Shown here: positions 27,401-40,091 of the stretch, piece by piece
Layout of the letters: every line of letters begins with the position of its first letter
Position numbering within the stretch: the stretch's first letter is position 1
Assembly: GCF_963853765.1 (NCBI RefSeq)
Contig: NC_088857.1
Coordinates: forward strand, 39,432,001-39,496,000
DNA length: 64,000 bases
Reading direction: 5' to 3'
From: Magallana gigas
Taxonomy: Eukaryota
Position numbers and translations under genes: made by a program
The notes under the pieces: model-generated
What the model was told of the DNA's origin: nothing
What the model saw: the letters and a program-made list of their open reading frames with translations, nothing else
Databases searched by the model: none

Positions 27401-28863
27401 GCAGTTACAATATCTAAATGTATATCAATTAAATGACAAATAATGAAGTCTAGCTCACATCTCAACAAATCGTAAAATGTGTTGTATTTATAGAAAGTTT
27501 TATGAAAGGGGGCGCCTATGTAATACATTCGAGGTTTGTTAAATCTTTAATTACACGTAGATTACTGAAAACGTTACTCTTATCCGTATGCTTTGAAAAT
27601 AAAACAATTTTACAGTTACATACATAATGGTTCAAATTACGTTTTTCTTCACATATGCGTAAGAATATTTATCGGAAGTATGATTTGTCTACTAAAGGTA
27701 AAGCTTATTCATGCCTTGCTATTTCGGAAATCAACAAAACGGTGTTATACATGTATAGACAATTAAATGCATGTAGCCTAATGCTTTCGTATTATGTTAA
27801 CAGAGCTGACCAATGATATTTCATGCCGATAATTCCTTTAAAAGTAATACTTGTCCCGAACTCTGCCGGAAAGACCTGAGAAGTTGCGATTGACAGGTAA
27901 CACCTACCGTCACGTTTGTGTTCGTTGTCACATACTTCTACAGGTACCGCAAAAGATGCATCTGAATAAACAGAAAAAAACATAGTGGTATTAAGTGGTA
28001 TTCATCTATGTACAATGCACCTACATGTATTATAGTATTAACTATTTTAATTAAACATGTTATACCATGAGATATACTGCATATTGGTATTAATGATATA
28101 CTAATTTCATAAATATGTCTTTATTTTCATGTTGCTAAGTAGATATGTATTTTATACATTTTATTAATATCTGTGAGTCAATACTCACTAGAAATACCCC
28201 CGCTCTGATGTGAATATACAAAAAAGCATAGTCAACACTTAACATTTTGCATCTGCGATAAATAGTTGCTGAAAAATCTTTGATGAAAATTTGTTAGAAA
28301 ATTTAGACTAAAAATAAACAAAGTCCTTATTTAACAGGACGTTGACGTCCGATTGATACAAAAATAGATCCAACCATATGGCGTGCCTAAACGAAAAGTG
28401 TTTTAAAATTTCAAGCACCTGCAATGAATAGTTGCTAAGAAAAATGCGACAGAAATTTTTGTTACGGACAGAAGGACAGACAGACAAAAGGGCAGAGAAA
28501 CAGATAGACAAACAGACAGAAAGACACACAGGGGTAAAACAGCATACCACTTTCTTCTTCGGAGCGGGGGTACATGTATAAAAACATTAACAACAACATA
28601 TTATAAGGTATAACATGCATAATACTTTAACGTTGTTACTTATTAATTTGTTTTAACTGGAGAACTTGTCAATCTTTTTCCCAAATATAAGATGAGAAAG
28701 TCAGTTTTTTTCAGATCTTCTATGTAAATATATCATGAAGGACAGAGACACTGTCGATATCAAGATCTGCATATATTAAGGATGGTGACTATGATAAAAA
28801 TAAAGAAATTCCGACTGCACCGGATATAACGTTTTCCCCCTTATAATAATTCCTTTTTTTTAT

Positions 28864-28938
<75 letters not shown>

Positions 28939-29094
28939 AAATGTGAATTTTGGTGGAAGATATATAAATATTTAGAATAAAATAAATAATTAAGCATTCT
29001 ATTGGATACCTTTGAAATTCATTGATATCATATTTGTCTTACCTAAAATGAACAGAAAAGAGACTAGCACACATGAAAAAATATAGTTAACCAT
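17533..29094 (-). CDS. Secreted 250-aa protein: signal peptide, His-rich region, Thr-rich stalk, Tae2/Dae2 (BPSL0067-family)-like amidase domain with catalytic Cys/His apparently replaced
   Basis: Eight GT-AG exons, all phase-compatible with no stops: 29094-29043, 27961-27908, 26640-26584, 26193-26158, 25484-25329, 20983-20817, 18273-18148, 17637-17533 (753 nt). Protein: MVNYIFSCVLVSFLFILDASFAVPVEVCDNEHKRDEIIKGFSHLVHDANNAELNAHGHIDHHFSDKHILGYPHEVATVATQPTHHVTHAKTTTTARYTTATTTTTTPIPTTTLPMLNVSAACDPLLFVRALATGVPLTHADAGICTDNMHSQSEALLLRTCEASSPSTWTQGVNVMQNCAQIPKYTPVATFLFGQYVSDGTVLSGVFLKCTATGFEISVQICGHGPQIFELSSTSGNTRQNADSYYIVEW*. Recalled Tae2/Dae2 motifs (ECVAL..C, W..G..V..NC..IP..T..ATF, HAAIF..C, N.D.FY.IE) occur in the same order. 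The gene structure is well supported by the sequence; the family call is from memory. Confidence 0.85.
18379..19438 (+). mobile_element. HINE/Helentron-like non-autonomous element in intron 6 of the amidase-like gene
   Basis: 5' AACTAGA start, subterminal GGGTCTTCCGT, and 3' stem-loop AGGGTCTTCCGT-TGGAA-ACGGAAGACCCT. Internal duplication of the GTTGCGAGCAAC..GTGGGTCTT block (about 18394 and 18637) and three ACCGGAAGTGAC motifs. Confidence 0.75.
18508..18579 (-). other. tRNA-derived (SINE-like) Pol III promoter remnant inside the HINE
   Basis: The minus strand reads GAGTCTGAGTAGCTCAGTCG...AGGTTCAAGCCCCGATTGCCGC, with an A-box-like TAGCTCAGTCG and a B-box-like GGTTCAAGCCC. I could not fold a convincing cloverleaf. 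Confidence 0.55.
19980..20585. mobile_element. Degenerate MITE-like element with imperfect terminal inverted repeats
   Basis: TTTATTTTCCTGCCAGGAAA (about 20019-20038) and TTTCCTGGCAGGAAAATAAA (about 20517-20536) are reverse complements, and weaker complementarity extends outward about 40 bp. Confidence 0.5.
23354..23438. mobile_element. Half copy of a palindromic non-autonomous element nested in the DIRS
   Basis: TAAGGAATAAAGAAT..TTCTTTGAGTATTATGAG...GGGCGTGATC matches one arm of the hairpin at 56231-56386. Confidence 0.65.
23615..23931. mobile_element. Poly-G MITE inserted into DIRS gag
   Basis: TIRs CAGTGGCGTCGGAA / TTCCGACGCCTATG and a 5-bp TSD CATTT (23610-23614, 23932-23936). Removing the element and one TSD copy rejoins ANRQM-DMTRRDLIKPEL in frame. 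Confidence 0.85.
28187..28573 (+). mobile_element. HINE/Helentron-like non-autonomous element in intron 1 of the amidase-like gene
   Basis: ACTAGA start, subterminal inverted repeat TACCCCCGCTC (28195-28205) / GAGCGGGGGTA (28562-28572), and a degenerate (GACA)n tract just before the 3' end. Confidence 0.75.
28868..28935. repeat. (AT)n microsatellite
   Basis: Perfect dinucleotide run in intron 1 of the amidase-like gene. Confidence 0.95.
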
Positions 29095-31404
29095 TACGAC
29101 AGGTTCTGCTGAGATCGAGTTCCAAGGAATATTGAAAATGTGACAAAAGACGGTAATTAGGTTCCGCTCCTGGCCAAGGCTACCGATAAGATCAAGAAGT
29201 CATGCAAGATAACACAAATGTGATCAGTACATAGCTTTAAATGATTTTACATATATCAATTTTGTGATTTTAATAGCTCAAGAAAAAACTATCTACTAGA
29301 TATGTATATAAAACGTTCTTAGAAATCATAATCATCGTTAGTGAGTAAGGCAAAATATAACATATATTGACCAAGAAACATGTAAACTTCTAGACCTCAT
29401 CTTCTTGGTAACCATAATCATGCTGCTATTAAATACCGATATTGATGCAGTGTATTGAGGTTAATGATTGTAAAAACCAGCAACAACAAATCTGTTGTAA
29501 TAATTATCTGATTTTGCGTGAGTCTTGATAAGAAGGTCGAAACACAACCTCTGATAATATTTGAAGGTCAGTGACGGAATTTCTAGATTTTGGAAACGGG
29601 TTAACGTTATTGGTATTAAAAATTACACCTGAATATGACTATAAAAAGAAATTTGGTAAATTCATACGCATGTAGTTACAGGGACTCTATCCTTAAGTAG
29701 TGTGTATCATTTCAACGCGCAGGGGTGGAAGAAATAGGAACTATTTATATGCCAAATCAAAATTGTTGATCAAATTTGGCTATGATAGGTGCATGGCAAT
29801 AATCTAACTATTTTATATTAATTGGCATATAAGGTAGTGCCATCTCTTTAAAAAATTTCTCAAAAATAGTATTATTGGATCACAAAAAGTTAATAATAAT
29901 AAGAAATTTCTTTCAGACAAACTTTCTCATCCCATAATTATTTGTCAGACAAAATATTTCAGAATACGGATTCTTAATACTTTTTTTTTAAAGCCAAGGG
30001 ATGTGATGTTCTATTTTGCTTAAGGAACAAGGTCACAGATAACCTGAAAATTTTCATACTTTATATTTCATCTTTAAAGTGTATAATGTTTCACTGAGAT
30101 GTATAGCTGACTATCAATAAAAATTTGAATGTCAGATGTCAAGGTATATACAAGATGTAGAGCTCACATATATTTTGTTATGTAGAGAGAGATCGTGTAA
30201 TTGTTTTATTTACGTATACATTTGCGTCTATATATACCAAAACACCTGTTTCAAGCTGATTTCTTTTCTTCGCTCATTTGACATGAACACAAACTATTTT
30301 TAGTCAGAGCCATTTACATTTTTGAAACATTTTTTTCTTTTATTCAGCAATCAGTATGCGAACAAATACATGAAACGAACTCTGTTTACGTAACAAAGAA
30401 CCGTGATCTCAGTATATCGCTTATAATTCAACTTCCCAAGGTTTGTTTGACCATCAGAAATACCTCAAAGAAGCATTCGAATTATCAAAAAGGGACAAAT
30501 ACAATTTACAATTGCTCAAAATGTGACCATGCCCCATCAATCTTTTAACTTTTATGTTCCTGGAAAAAACCAATGTTCATCCTTTCTTTCAGAAGGGCCT
30601 GATCACACAATTAGATGTCAAGTTATTAACACGTTTCTTTGTTCAGGTGTGTTTCCAAAGTAATGAAGCATATTGATCATTATTTATTAGGAATATTCCT
30701 TTTTTTTTTTTTTTTTTACAAATATTTAACTTAAATTTTATTCGGGCGGTCCACTAGAATTACAGAACCATGTGATCAATCGTATTTTAAAATCAATGCA
30801 AATCACGTTGTATGATAATTTGCCATTTGTAAGAAACACTTTGCTTGTCTACCTTGTAATTTAATAACTACCTCGTAATTTTTGCATTGTAGACTGTATC
30901 GCATATTAAAAAACCTAAAACTTAGTATCAAGAATTATTAAGTTGTATTCCATTTTGACACAATCTTTCTTATTTTGTATCTTGTTAGTACAAGATCTTC
31001 CAGAAATGGACAAAAACTTGCAGTATATTGGCTTGCCAAAGTAATGGGAGGGGATGGTCAACTTAGTGTATATAAGTTAATGATAAATGTTTAAGCGCAT
31101 GACTTTTATGAACGTAAGTTGTCTTTCGTAGTAGAGGTGAAAAGAATCCCCAGTCAATAGAGGAAAGTTTTTCAAGAGCGAGAACTCCTTCATTCTTCAT
31201 TGACGAAACAAGTCCTGTTGCACGTGGTTAAACGAGTTGTGTCGATATTAATCAAGCAAAAAATGAATGATTCATAAATAGAAAGGAGATAGAAATAAAA
31301 AAAAATCGAAATTGGCATTAACAAGTAAACATTTTTGTGGGTTCTTGAGTTTCCGAGTTATATGCAATAAAAACTTAATTGTTTTATTAAAACATTAACA
31401 TTTA

Positions 31405-32315
31405 TGGTGGATCTAGATTAAAATTTGTTCAAATCGTGACCCATAGGTCTGGAAAGAGCCCTAACACAGGTCGAAGTCAGAATAGATTAAGTAGAAAACA
31501 ACACTTTAATATTCTTCTGAAGAACCGAAAGGCTACAATATGCGAAAAAAGATTAAAAGAAAGCTATGTGTATAATACCAAATTCTAAGTTAAGAATCGA
31601 TGTTTATTTTACCCACTTGAGCAAAAATGAGGCAGGGGTGGAATTAAATTAAGGGATTATATAGATAAGAAATTCTTATAAAGCAAATAGGTAGTAGCTT
31701 TTCATGTGTAAAATTGTTTTAAGTAGAAGCAAATATAAGAATGCTTCAAATCCATTTAAACCATACCCTTAGGGTCAGAAAGTTGATCATTATTCCGTTT
31801 GGGGGAGGGGGGCTATGTTTGTATTGATCAATTTCAGCTTTATTTAAATTTTTTAAAATAGATATATTTATAGGTTTATAGGTTTTTTTTATAGGTTAGA
31901 AGTTTGAGAAAACCAGCATTTTTTAAAATACTTAAACATTTTTTTTTAATAAGTCAATTTGAATTTATCAGGCATCGTTTTTTGAAAAGGGAGGGGGGGG
32001 GGGCAAACTCATCCAAAACATTCTTGAAAAGCCAAATGGGGGGAAGGGGGGGGGGGGCAGCAAGTATACCTTTAACTTCAAACTCACTGACTTTAATATT
32101 TCACTCTGTTAGATAAACAAATAAAATAATTAAACTAATGCGTAAGCTGGCATTACTATGTTAAGAAATTGTTGATGCTTCAGTTGTTTACATTTATTTT
32201 TTGTATTATACTTGATATCAGAGCTTGTCCTTGTTCCATACGCTGCCAATAACTGATTAAAGCCATCATGGCAAATGTTAAATAGGTGAGCGATGTGGCC
32301 CATGGGTCTCTTCTT
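31405..32315 (-). mobile_element. Degenerate Helitron-like non-autonomous element carrying Cg170-like satellite monomers
   Basis: The end motif AGGTGAGCGATGTGGCCCATGGGTCTCTT (32284-32312) and degraded units such as TTTGTTCAAATCGTGACCC...TTCTTCTGAAGAACC (about 31425-31530) resemble, from memory, the oyster Helitron-N/Cg170 repeat. Boundaries are approximate. Confidence 0.5.
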
Positions 32316-35300
32316 ACAAGTACCTTCTATTTTCAACGTTCAACGAAATTTCAGATATATGTACTCCAAATTAACACAACGAAGACGTATTTACTATAAC
32401 AATATGTTATGATAATTATGCAAGTGTTATGCTATTTTCATCCGTCTGAGTGTCGTATATAAAAATCCATACAATATCCAATCGCCTAGAGAGTGTGTAA
32501 TCCTTCGTTTTAGAGTGGGTCACTTAGCAGCTGAGATGCTCACCTTCGAAAACTGATATCATTGAAAAATAATTAATACCGAGACAGAAATAATTTTTGT
32601 AGTAAAGCATATTGTGTAGGATTATTGGTAAAGATAATATAGATATTCTATATTTAATAACTTTATGATCAATTTGTTTCTACAGGAAAATAATTTGGCT
32701 CAATACTCTTTCATGTTAATCATTTCAAAGATTTCTGATACAATTGAATAAACGAAACCTTCACATTTCAAAAAGTAACCTATAGCATCAAATGGCGATC
32801 AGTAATTATTGAATTGTGCACTAATGACAGCAGATAGTCATCATTCTCGATTGCTTACAGTATAATCCAAAGATGTGATCACGATATATGTGGACCCCAA
32901 AAAATGAAAAAAAAAATCAATGCCTGCAATGTTATAGCATCGAGTACAGAACATTGACTTTTATTCTAAACTTGTTTCGAATAATATTTTTATTATGGTT
33001 CGGGGTTATAAGATGAATGCTATACAATTAATATTCATTACATTTATACTGCCTAATTCATTATTTTCATATTTTGACATAATTCAGAATCATATCAGCA
33101 TTGCAGCCAATGATTAATTGTTATTTTTTTTGATAATTATGTATGGTTGTAAATACATTGAACCATAATTACCAGATTCACCAACAACATCAAACTACAA
33201 TTTAAAAAGAGAGAAAACCATTACAAAATTACAATGAGTGAATACTCTTACCATTTTTCAGAATATAATAGTTCAGAATTTGATCATGAATTGATGGAAA
33301 ACAAGCATATTTGTCCAAAGAATGTTTTATTTGATATCACAATAACTTGATTAAAGAAGCACTAAATACATTTATTTATTGAGTGCATTATTGATATAAC
33401 AGTTTCGAACGATTTCTCGTGCAGAGCCATTCTTCAATGATTTCTGTTAACAAAACTATCTTTTGATGTTAATGTAAATTTTAGAGACAGAAATATCTTT
33501 TTTCTTACATTTTTGATTTGGTGAAATCAGATTACAAAGATTCAAAGATAAATGTCCAAGGGTAAAAATTGATACTATGTGGGCATGTCATTAAGGGTGG
33601 ATCAATATAGAGTCTTCATAATGGGAAACTGGTAAAACTCGAAACATTGTCATTCAAGTATGAATGAAAAATCAACTATAAATCGTTTTGAGCCCTCTAC
33701 TCAATTCATAAAAACTATGGTGTATAAAGATGTTTACGCTATAAAAGAAAACATTCCTTAAAAACATTTTCAAAAAATTATAAAATGCTTTCATAATATT
33801 GGCACCATTATGATACATGTATATATGTACATAGGTATTTGTTTTCATTACCTAAGTTTTTTAAACAAGTTAACGTTATTTTTTTATAATTCTAGATTTT
33901 AATATTTCCCATACCTTACATTTGTCATCCATTAAAATATCTTGTTCTGCGATTATTCTAAGAAAAAATATACTCTTCATTATAAAATTTCGACAAATAT
34001 TGTTTTCATGTATAACGTTTTAAAATAAATTGATGAATTGATGCACTGAGAAAAGTTGTGGATATGAACTTCTTTTTATTTATTTAATAAGCACTGGGAA
34101 ATTGTGCCGGCCATTAAGACTAGTATCACTAGGTCTTTCATAATATAGCCTACTAGGGGCAGCAAATACTTAAAATTCGTCGTCCACGCGTCTTGTTAAT
34201 GGTCTCTGGTCAACAATTTGTCTTTCAAATTGACATTCTTCACATAAAGCAAATTGTCAAAGAAAAGTTTAAATTAAGAGTATTGATTCTGATTTCTTAT
34301 TTCTGGGAAAGGCGACATAAAATTTGAGAAATAATAGAAGTTTTTGTCTGCAATACGTATTTGTAGTATAGAAGGATAGTTTTCTTAATTAAACGGTGGT
34401 ATAGGTTCAGTTATTTTTAGTTGTTATTTTTGTTATAGATAAACGAGTTCGATTGTATTATATCAAAAGGAAACCGAGTTTCTAGCCGACGGTCGAGCTC
34501 GCCTTTGCAAGACAACGAAGCTTGTATTATATAAAGATCTACGTACATTAAGGAAATAAACTGGAAGCCATGTGAAGTTAATATATCTTGATATTATGAT
34601 TAATATTGTTAGCATCATCCTATAGTAGAAGGCTGCAACTGAATCAAAGTATACACCAATTAAATAGAAATTTGTTTAAATATCAGTGTCAAAAATGTTT
34701 GTATCGAACTTATCATTTTTTCTTTACTTAATAAAAGTGTATTCTTTTAAATCTCTGTACATGTGTTGTTAAGTAAAGTATGCTTCTTCCAATCTGTCAT
34801 AAATGAAATATTCAACGTTGCTGATATCCCTGCATGAACATTGTACTCTTTATCATTATGTTTTTTTCTTCATAACTAGATCGGTTCTATGAAAAACAGT
34901 TTGGTTAACATCCTGATATATTGGAAACTTATTAAACAATTCGTAATAATGTGATTTAACATGTGAAAAATGTTAAAATAATGATGTAAAACAAATTGCT
35001 CGCAAGATGAAGCTATGCCATTCAGACAACAGAAATGAACTTGAAAGGTCCCTAAAAGGTGACTGAATGGTATAGCTCTGTCATTCAGTCAACTACCAGA
35101 CTCTTCAGTTTTAAAAATGTAAAGAAATACATATAATAGATTTAATCTTTTCTTATGATATATTATGTACAGCTGGTGATGTTAAAAAATAATGCCAATG
35201 TCGTATACAGCACTTTTAAAACAGCACTTATCAAGAGTTTCATGATTTTGTAAAGGATATGTGTAATATATACTTTTATCCATGCAACCCAATGCATTGT

Positions 35301-35316
35301 GAACTTAATCGGTTAA

Positions 35317-35788
35317 AGGGACTTGGACACGATTTGACATAAAATTTTCAAATTTTATTTTTCCATTTTCAATGTTTATACTGATAGATATAGAAGTTTA
35401 TAATGCTGTGTCAAAATTTGAAAGTCAAATATCATGTTATAAGCAAGATACAGGGTTCATAATTCTTTGTTTTGTAAGCAAAGCTCGAATATTGTCATTT
35501 TTTACATATGGGTTGTATTGGTGTAAGTTTCAATCAAATGTATCTTTCTTTTGTTGATAATAGTATTTATGAAGATATTGGATTAGTTTAAATTGTTTTT
35601 TACATGTCATTTTGTCCAAGAAATGGTGATTCTCTACATTACATTTTTTGTAAACAACTATAAGACTCGAGCTTTGTTTACAATAAACATTCAATAGTTT
35701 GGTCCGTCATTTAAAATGCACCAGCAAACCATTTTATACATAAAAAATGAAAATAAAATTTTTGATCTCAAATCGTGTCCAAGTCCCT
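35317..35788. mobile_element. Kolobok-like non-autonomous DNA transposon (TTAA TSD)
   Basis: Perfect 21-bp TIRs AGGGACTTGGACACGATTTGA / TCAAATCGTGTCCAAGTCCCT, with TTAA on both sides (35313-35316, 35789-35792) and purine-purine termini. Confidence 0.85.
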
Positions 35789-38700
35789 TTAATATGTATT
35801 TACATAGACATTTGATAGTTTACCTGCATATTTACTAGATTGATATATAGGGCAGTCATTTTCATTAAGGTTTAATATAATGAAATATCTAATTCATTTA
35901 GACTATATCTACTAGTACTATACTGTATTGTATTAGGACATATCTACAAAATGAACATATGAAAAGTGTAACCCAAAACCGGCAATGGGTAGGCATTTAA
36001 GAGGACAGACAATGCAATATATCTTTTCTCTAAAAATATGCATTTCATATTTTTTCTGGTAATTGCCCTTTTATTTGATTTTACAAACTAACAATGTGCT
36101 TTTTGTAACGATTTGAGTTTGTCATGCAAGGAAAATTCCATTTGTATAATATGTTAAGTTTCAATCAGTAAAGATTTTGCCTGTCTTCTAAATAATTGCG
36201 CCATTGCAAATTTGTTTGGGTGAGAAGGTTGAAAACTTAACTAGCACAGGGGGTGGGGGTCTGGACCCCCTGACTCACCCATTCATCCGCGCATGTTGTG
36301 ATTTCTTGTTGCGACACACAGACTTTATGTGATACAATCAAAACTGGTTGGGTGTTTCTGACGAGTATCGATTGGTTTGTTTGTCGTGAGAGGCTGAAAG
36401 CTTCGGCTTGCAGTGTCGGGAAAACACTGGGCTATTTCCAATGATTAGTTCCAGGCGTGTACATGCATTTTCATAGGATAAGGCACGCAATATACATGGT
36501 AAGATTTTTTTGCATAGGTTTACAATTTTTAAAAATTCATTCGCAAAATAATTTTTTTCACTCAAACTTTGGAAATTTTACGATCCAAATTATTTATATT
36601 TTATTCAACCACGTAAAATATAAATTTGTCAAAATATTTTGAAATATAATGCAATACATGTAATTATAGCAATTATAATAAAAAACAAATATCAGTTGAA
36701 TCTATAGGAATGCTGAAAAAATGTTTTCATGCTGTTAGCCTTTTTGTAAATGCATATAGTTTTCGCTGGATACTTTTCATATACGATTAATTCATTTTTA
36801 ATGGAATGAGATTTTGCTATTTGTATTCACTTTTTAACTGCCTATTGATAAATATACAAAAAAGTGTTTATAAATATACAAAAGGTGTAATGCATGTATA
36901 CATAAACAAATATCAGTGCAATAACATTAATTTTATAACTTGTCAAAAATAACTGCATGCTTCAATTACTGGGTATGTTGCATAATTTCCGTATTTAATT
37001 AATATCAACAACCTTACACTATACTTCTAGATTTTCATGCTATATTAATTTTGAAAGATTTCCTTTTTTTGTTGAAAAAAGCACACAATGAAGAAAGATG
37101 AACATTTGTAAGACAAGGCTTTTGGGAAATAATATTGCATTGCAGAACCTTCAACAATAATATTGACATATTACATAATTACAGGAATATGCCAATCAAA
37201 TTTATCAGTATGCACATATTTGCTTCCAAGGCTTTGCTAATCTGCTGCATACGCTCGATATCAAATTACAAATGCGGAAAATGTATTTGTAGAAAACTAT
37301 GATTTTTGCATTACAAACGCTAATTTGTTACTTGAGTCACTGATAGATATTCTGAATTCTCACTGTCTAAACAGACAAAGGGTTTTAATTTCATATCCCT
37401 TGGGCAAAGACATGACTTGCATTTGGTGCTAAAATTAAAAATAGTCAATATTGCAAGAGAATAGAGAAAAGATATTATGGAGTCTTTGTATAAGCTTGCG
37501 CATGAAAAAAGTACAGATAAGGGCACATTTGTAAAATGCCCACTTCACGAGCAGAGTCTTAGAGCAGATTTGGTTAAGATTTAAAAACAACTACACCATC
37601 AATTGTTTTTAGGAAAACAAATGCACCAGAAAAAAGAAAAGCATGTGTTCGATAAGGGGATCGATAAGGGAAAGACTTTTTTGACGTTTGATTTCAACAC
37701 ACTATGACACAAGATACAGTTATATGTTCATGCGCCGTAAGAATGTTTCCTCAAAACATGTATTTTACGGATGTGTTACTTTTTCTAAAAAGAGTATTAT
37801 TTTGTAAAAGTGAATAGCAGAATGCAACATATAGGGAGCATGAAACATAGTACTGGACATATTCATTTTACAAGGATCTGCCAGGTATAATCAGAATTTT
37901 TTTTCAAAAGATCTCTTTTATAAAAGAAAAGAAGTCAATTGTTTTGCTCTTGTCAAGTGTAACATTAACAAAAACGTGCCCGTAGTTAAAATCGACAACT
38001 TCACTCCAGCCTCCTTACCAAGAGAGGCACAATTTTTCTTAAAGTTCTTTGAAGTTATCATCAGTACATACGACCTATGTCTATCATATACAAATAATGG
38101 ACAAGTATCAATGACACTTTTCCAATAAATGAGGCCGTTATCTGCACTTTTCCTGTCATTTATTTATGGTCAGTCGAACGTTTTGATGTGTACGTGTATG
38201 TTCACCTTTTGTTTGCGACTATTAGAATGATTCGTTGTGCAAGAACGGAAGTCGACATCTCTGCGCAGTCTTAATGGGCATGAACATGTTATAACAGCAT
38301 CAACAGTATTGACTTAAAGCGATCAGGTAGACAAGCACACCTGCGTACTGGAGATAGAAAAAATACAAGACAAACCCTGGCTCCACCACCATTACTAAAA
38401 ATTTTAAGTAGAGATGCCACACACAGGCTAAAAAAATGTCACACCAAGTATCTCGAAAACGTACAGATATAAAAGATATAAAAGCATGTCACTCTCAACA
38501 TATCCCTTTTGGTTTTAACCCAGAGCATATTGTCTAATGATACGTCACAGGATATTTGCACATTTTTTTTAAAATTTCATTTTTTCAACTAAATAAAAGC
38601 CCTACAATCTGACCAGGAAATTTTAATTCATTTTAACCAGACTTTTGCAGTACTATTAAATGAATGCATTATTTACTTTTAAATTTGATAAAAGGGGGTT

Positions 38701-39325
38701 AATAATTATTTTAAAAAAAAATGAAAGGACAATAACTATGAAAAGTGCACAAAGAAATAGTTACATATGAAAAACCACCTGTTTCTCTTTAGCTGAATGC
38801 GTCCTAGCACACCCACTTTGTATAACAAAAGTCACACTTTGACATTCTCTTAAGGCAATTCAACTAAAAAAGATCATTTGAAGTCTCTCAAATGGTGTTC
38901 CCACCTTCACCATTGTCCCGCACCTGCGTCATAGCTTTGCTCAAACACTATATAGTGTACTCTGTTATCTTCCCCATCAAAGAATACTTTTTTGCAGTGA
39001 ATGCCCTCTGTCCATTTCTTATTTAAAAAAAACTAAGTTATCGCTCGTACAATGCACTTATCTCCAATCAATACGAATTAATAGGTAAGAACCCTGAATA
39101 CGTCTATCTTTGTGGACTGTGGGTGCATCCACCGATTAATTCGAACACCAGATCGTTTATATTCAGACGCAAAACAGGATCAGTTTTGGCTTCCATATCT
39201 TTCTCATTTGTACATACAGTCAGATGTTTTTAAATGGAAAGTTTCTGTTTGTAATCCTCAATGAAGCACTACTTAACATCTTTGTCAAGTCCTTAACTGC
39301 CAATAAAAAAATCATGTAAAATGCA

Positions 39326-39445
39326 AAGGAGTCATGACGTGCTTGCACCCGAGAAAGAGCTATTCTGACTGCTGTACAAACCTTACCACTGCGCATGCGT
39401 TATATGTTTACGAGCCCGCGGGAGAACACAAGCGGTAACCCCTAC
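39326..39445. promoter_or_regulatory. Candidate CpG-rich promoter / first exon
   Basis: Locally GC/CpG-rich, with an NRF1-like TGCGCATGCG (39390-39399), a CRE-like TGACGT (about 39336) and donor-like sites on both strands. No coding exons could be linked to it. Confidence 0.3.
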
Positions 39446-40091
39446 CTCCTTCCCTTGCCCATTGCAGCTCAACTAGTGTGTTTTTAGCGTCAAATATTAT
39501 CTCAAAAGGTTTTACCAAGAAATGAATCGATTTTTAGATCATAAATTAAGCTTTATTTTAATTTACAGAGTTACCTTTTTTACCTAAATTATGTCAAGAT
39601 AGGTTGGATGTGCAATTAGAATGTGCCCTAAGAGCTAGAAACGTAAGCAATCTTTATGTAGATATACTGCAATAAGTAAATCATAATTGTTGCTAGCTTG
39701 GTGCAAAAGCAGTCAAAGCAAAATCCAGTTTACGATTTTTATGTTGCCATCTTATGCAGTCGGTCGCTATTAAAAAATAATAATAAGTTGGATTATATCA
39801 ACGAAAAGAAAATTATTACCGTTGTTGCAACGTTTTCATGAGATAAGAATTCGCCATAACTTGGTCAAACTTTTAATTAACGTTTAATTTTTGATTGTTG
39901 TCATATTGTAAATTATCTACTTAGGGCAAAATTGTATCCACTAATAGCAGCCATATTCTGTAAAGTGGAATAGTTAGAACTGTTGTTGTTTCAATTGATG
40001 TGGATACTCTACATCCACAAAATAATTTCTATTCTCCAAGTATAAAAATACACGACCTTAAATACATTATTTATAATGCAGAATAATATAT

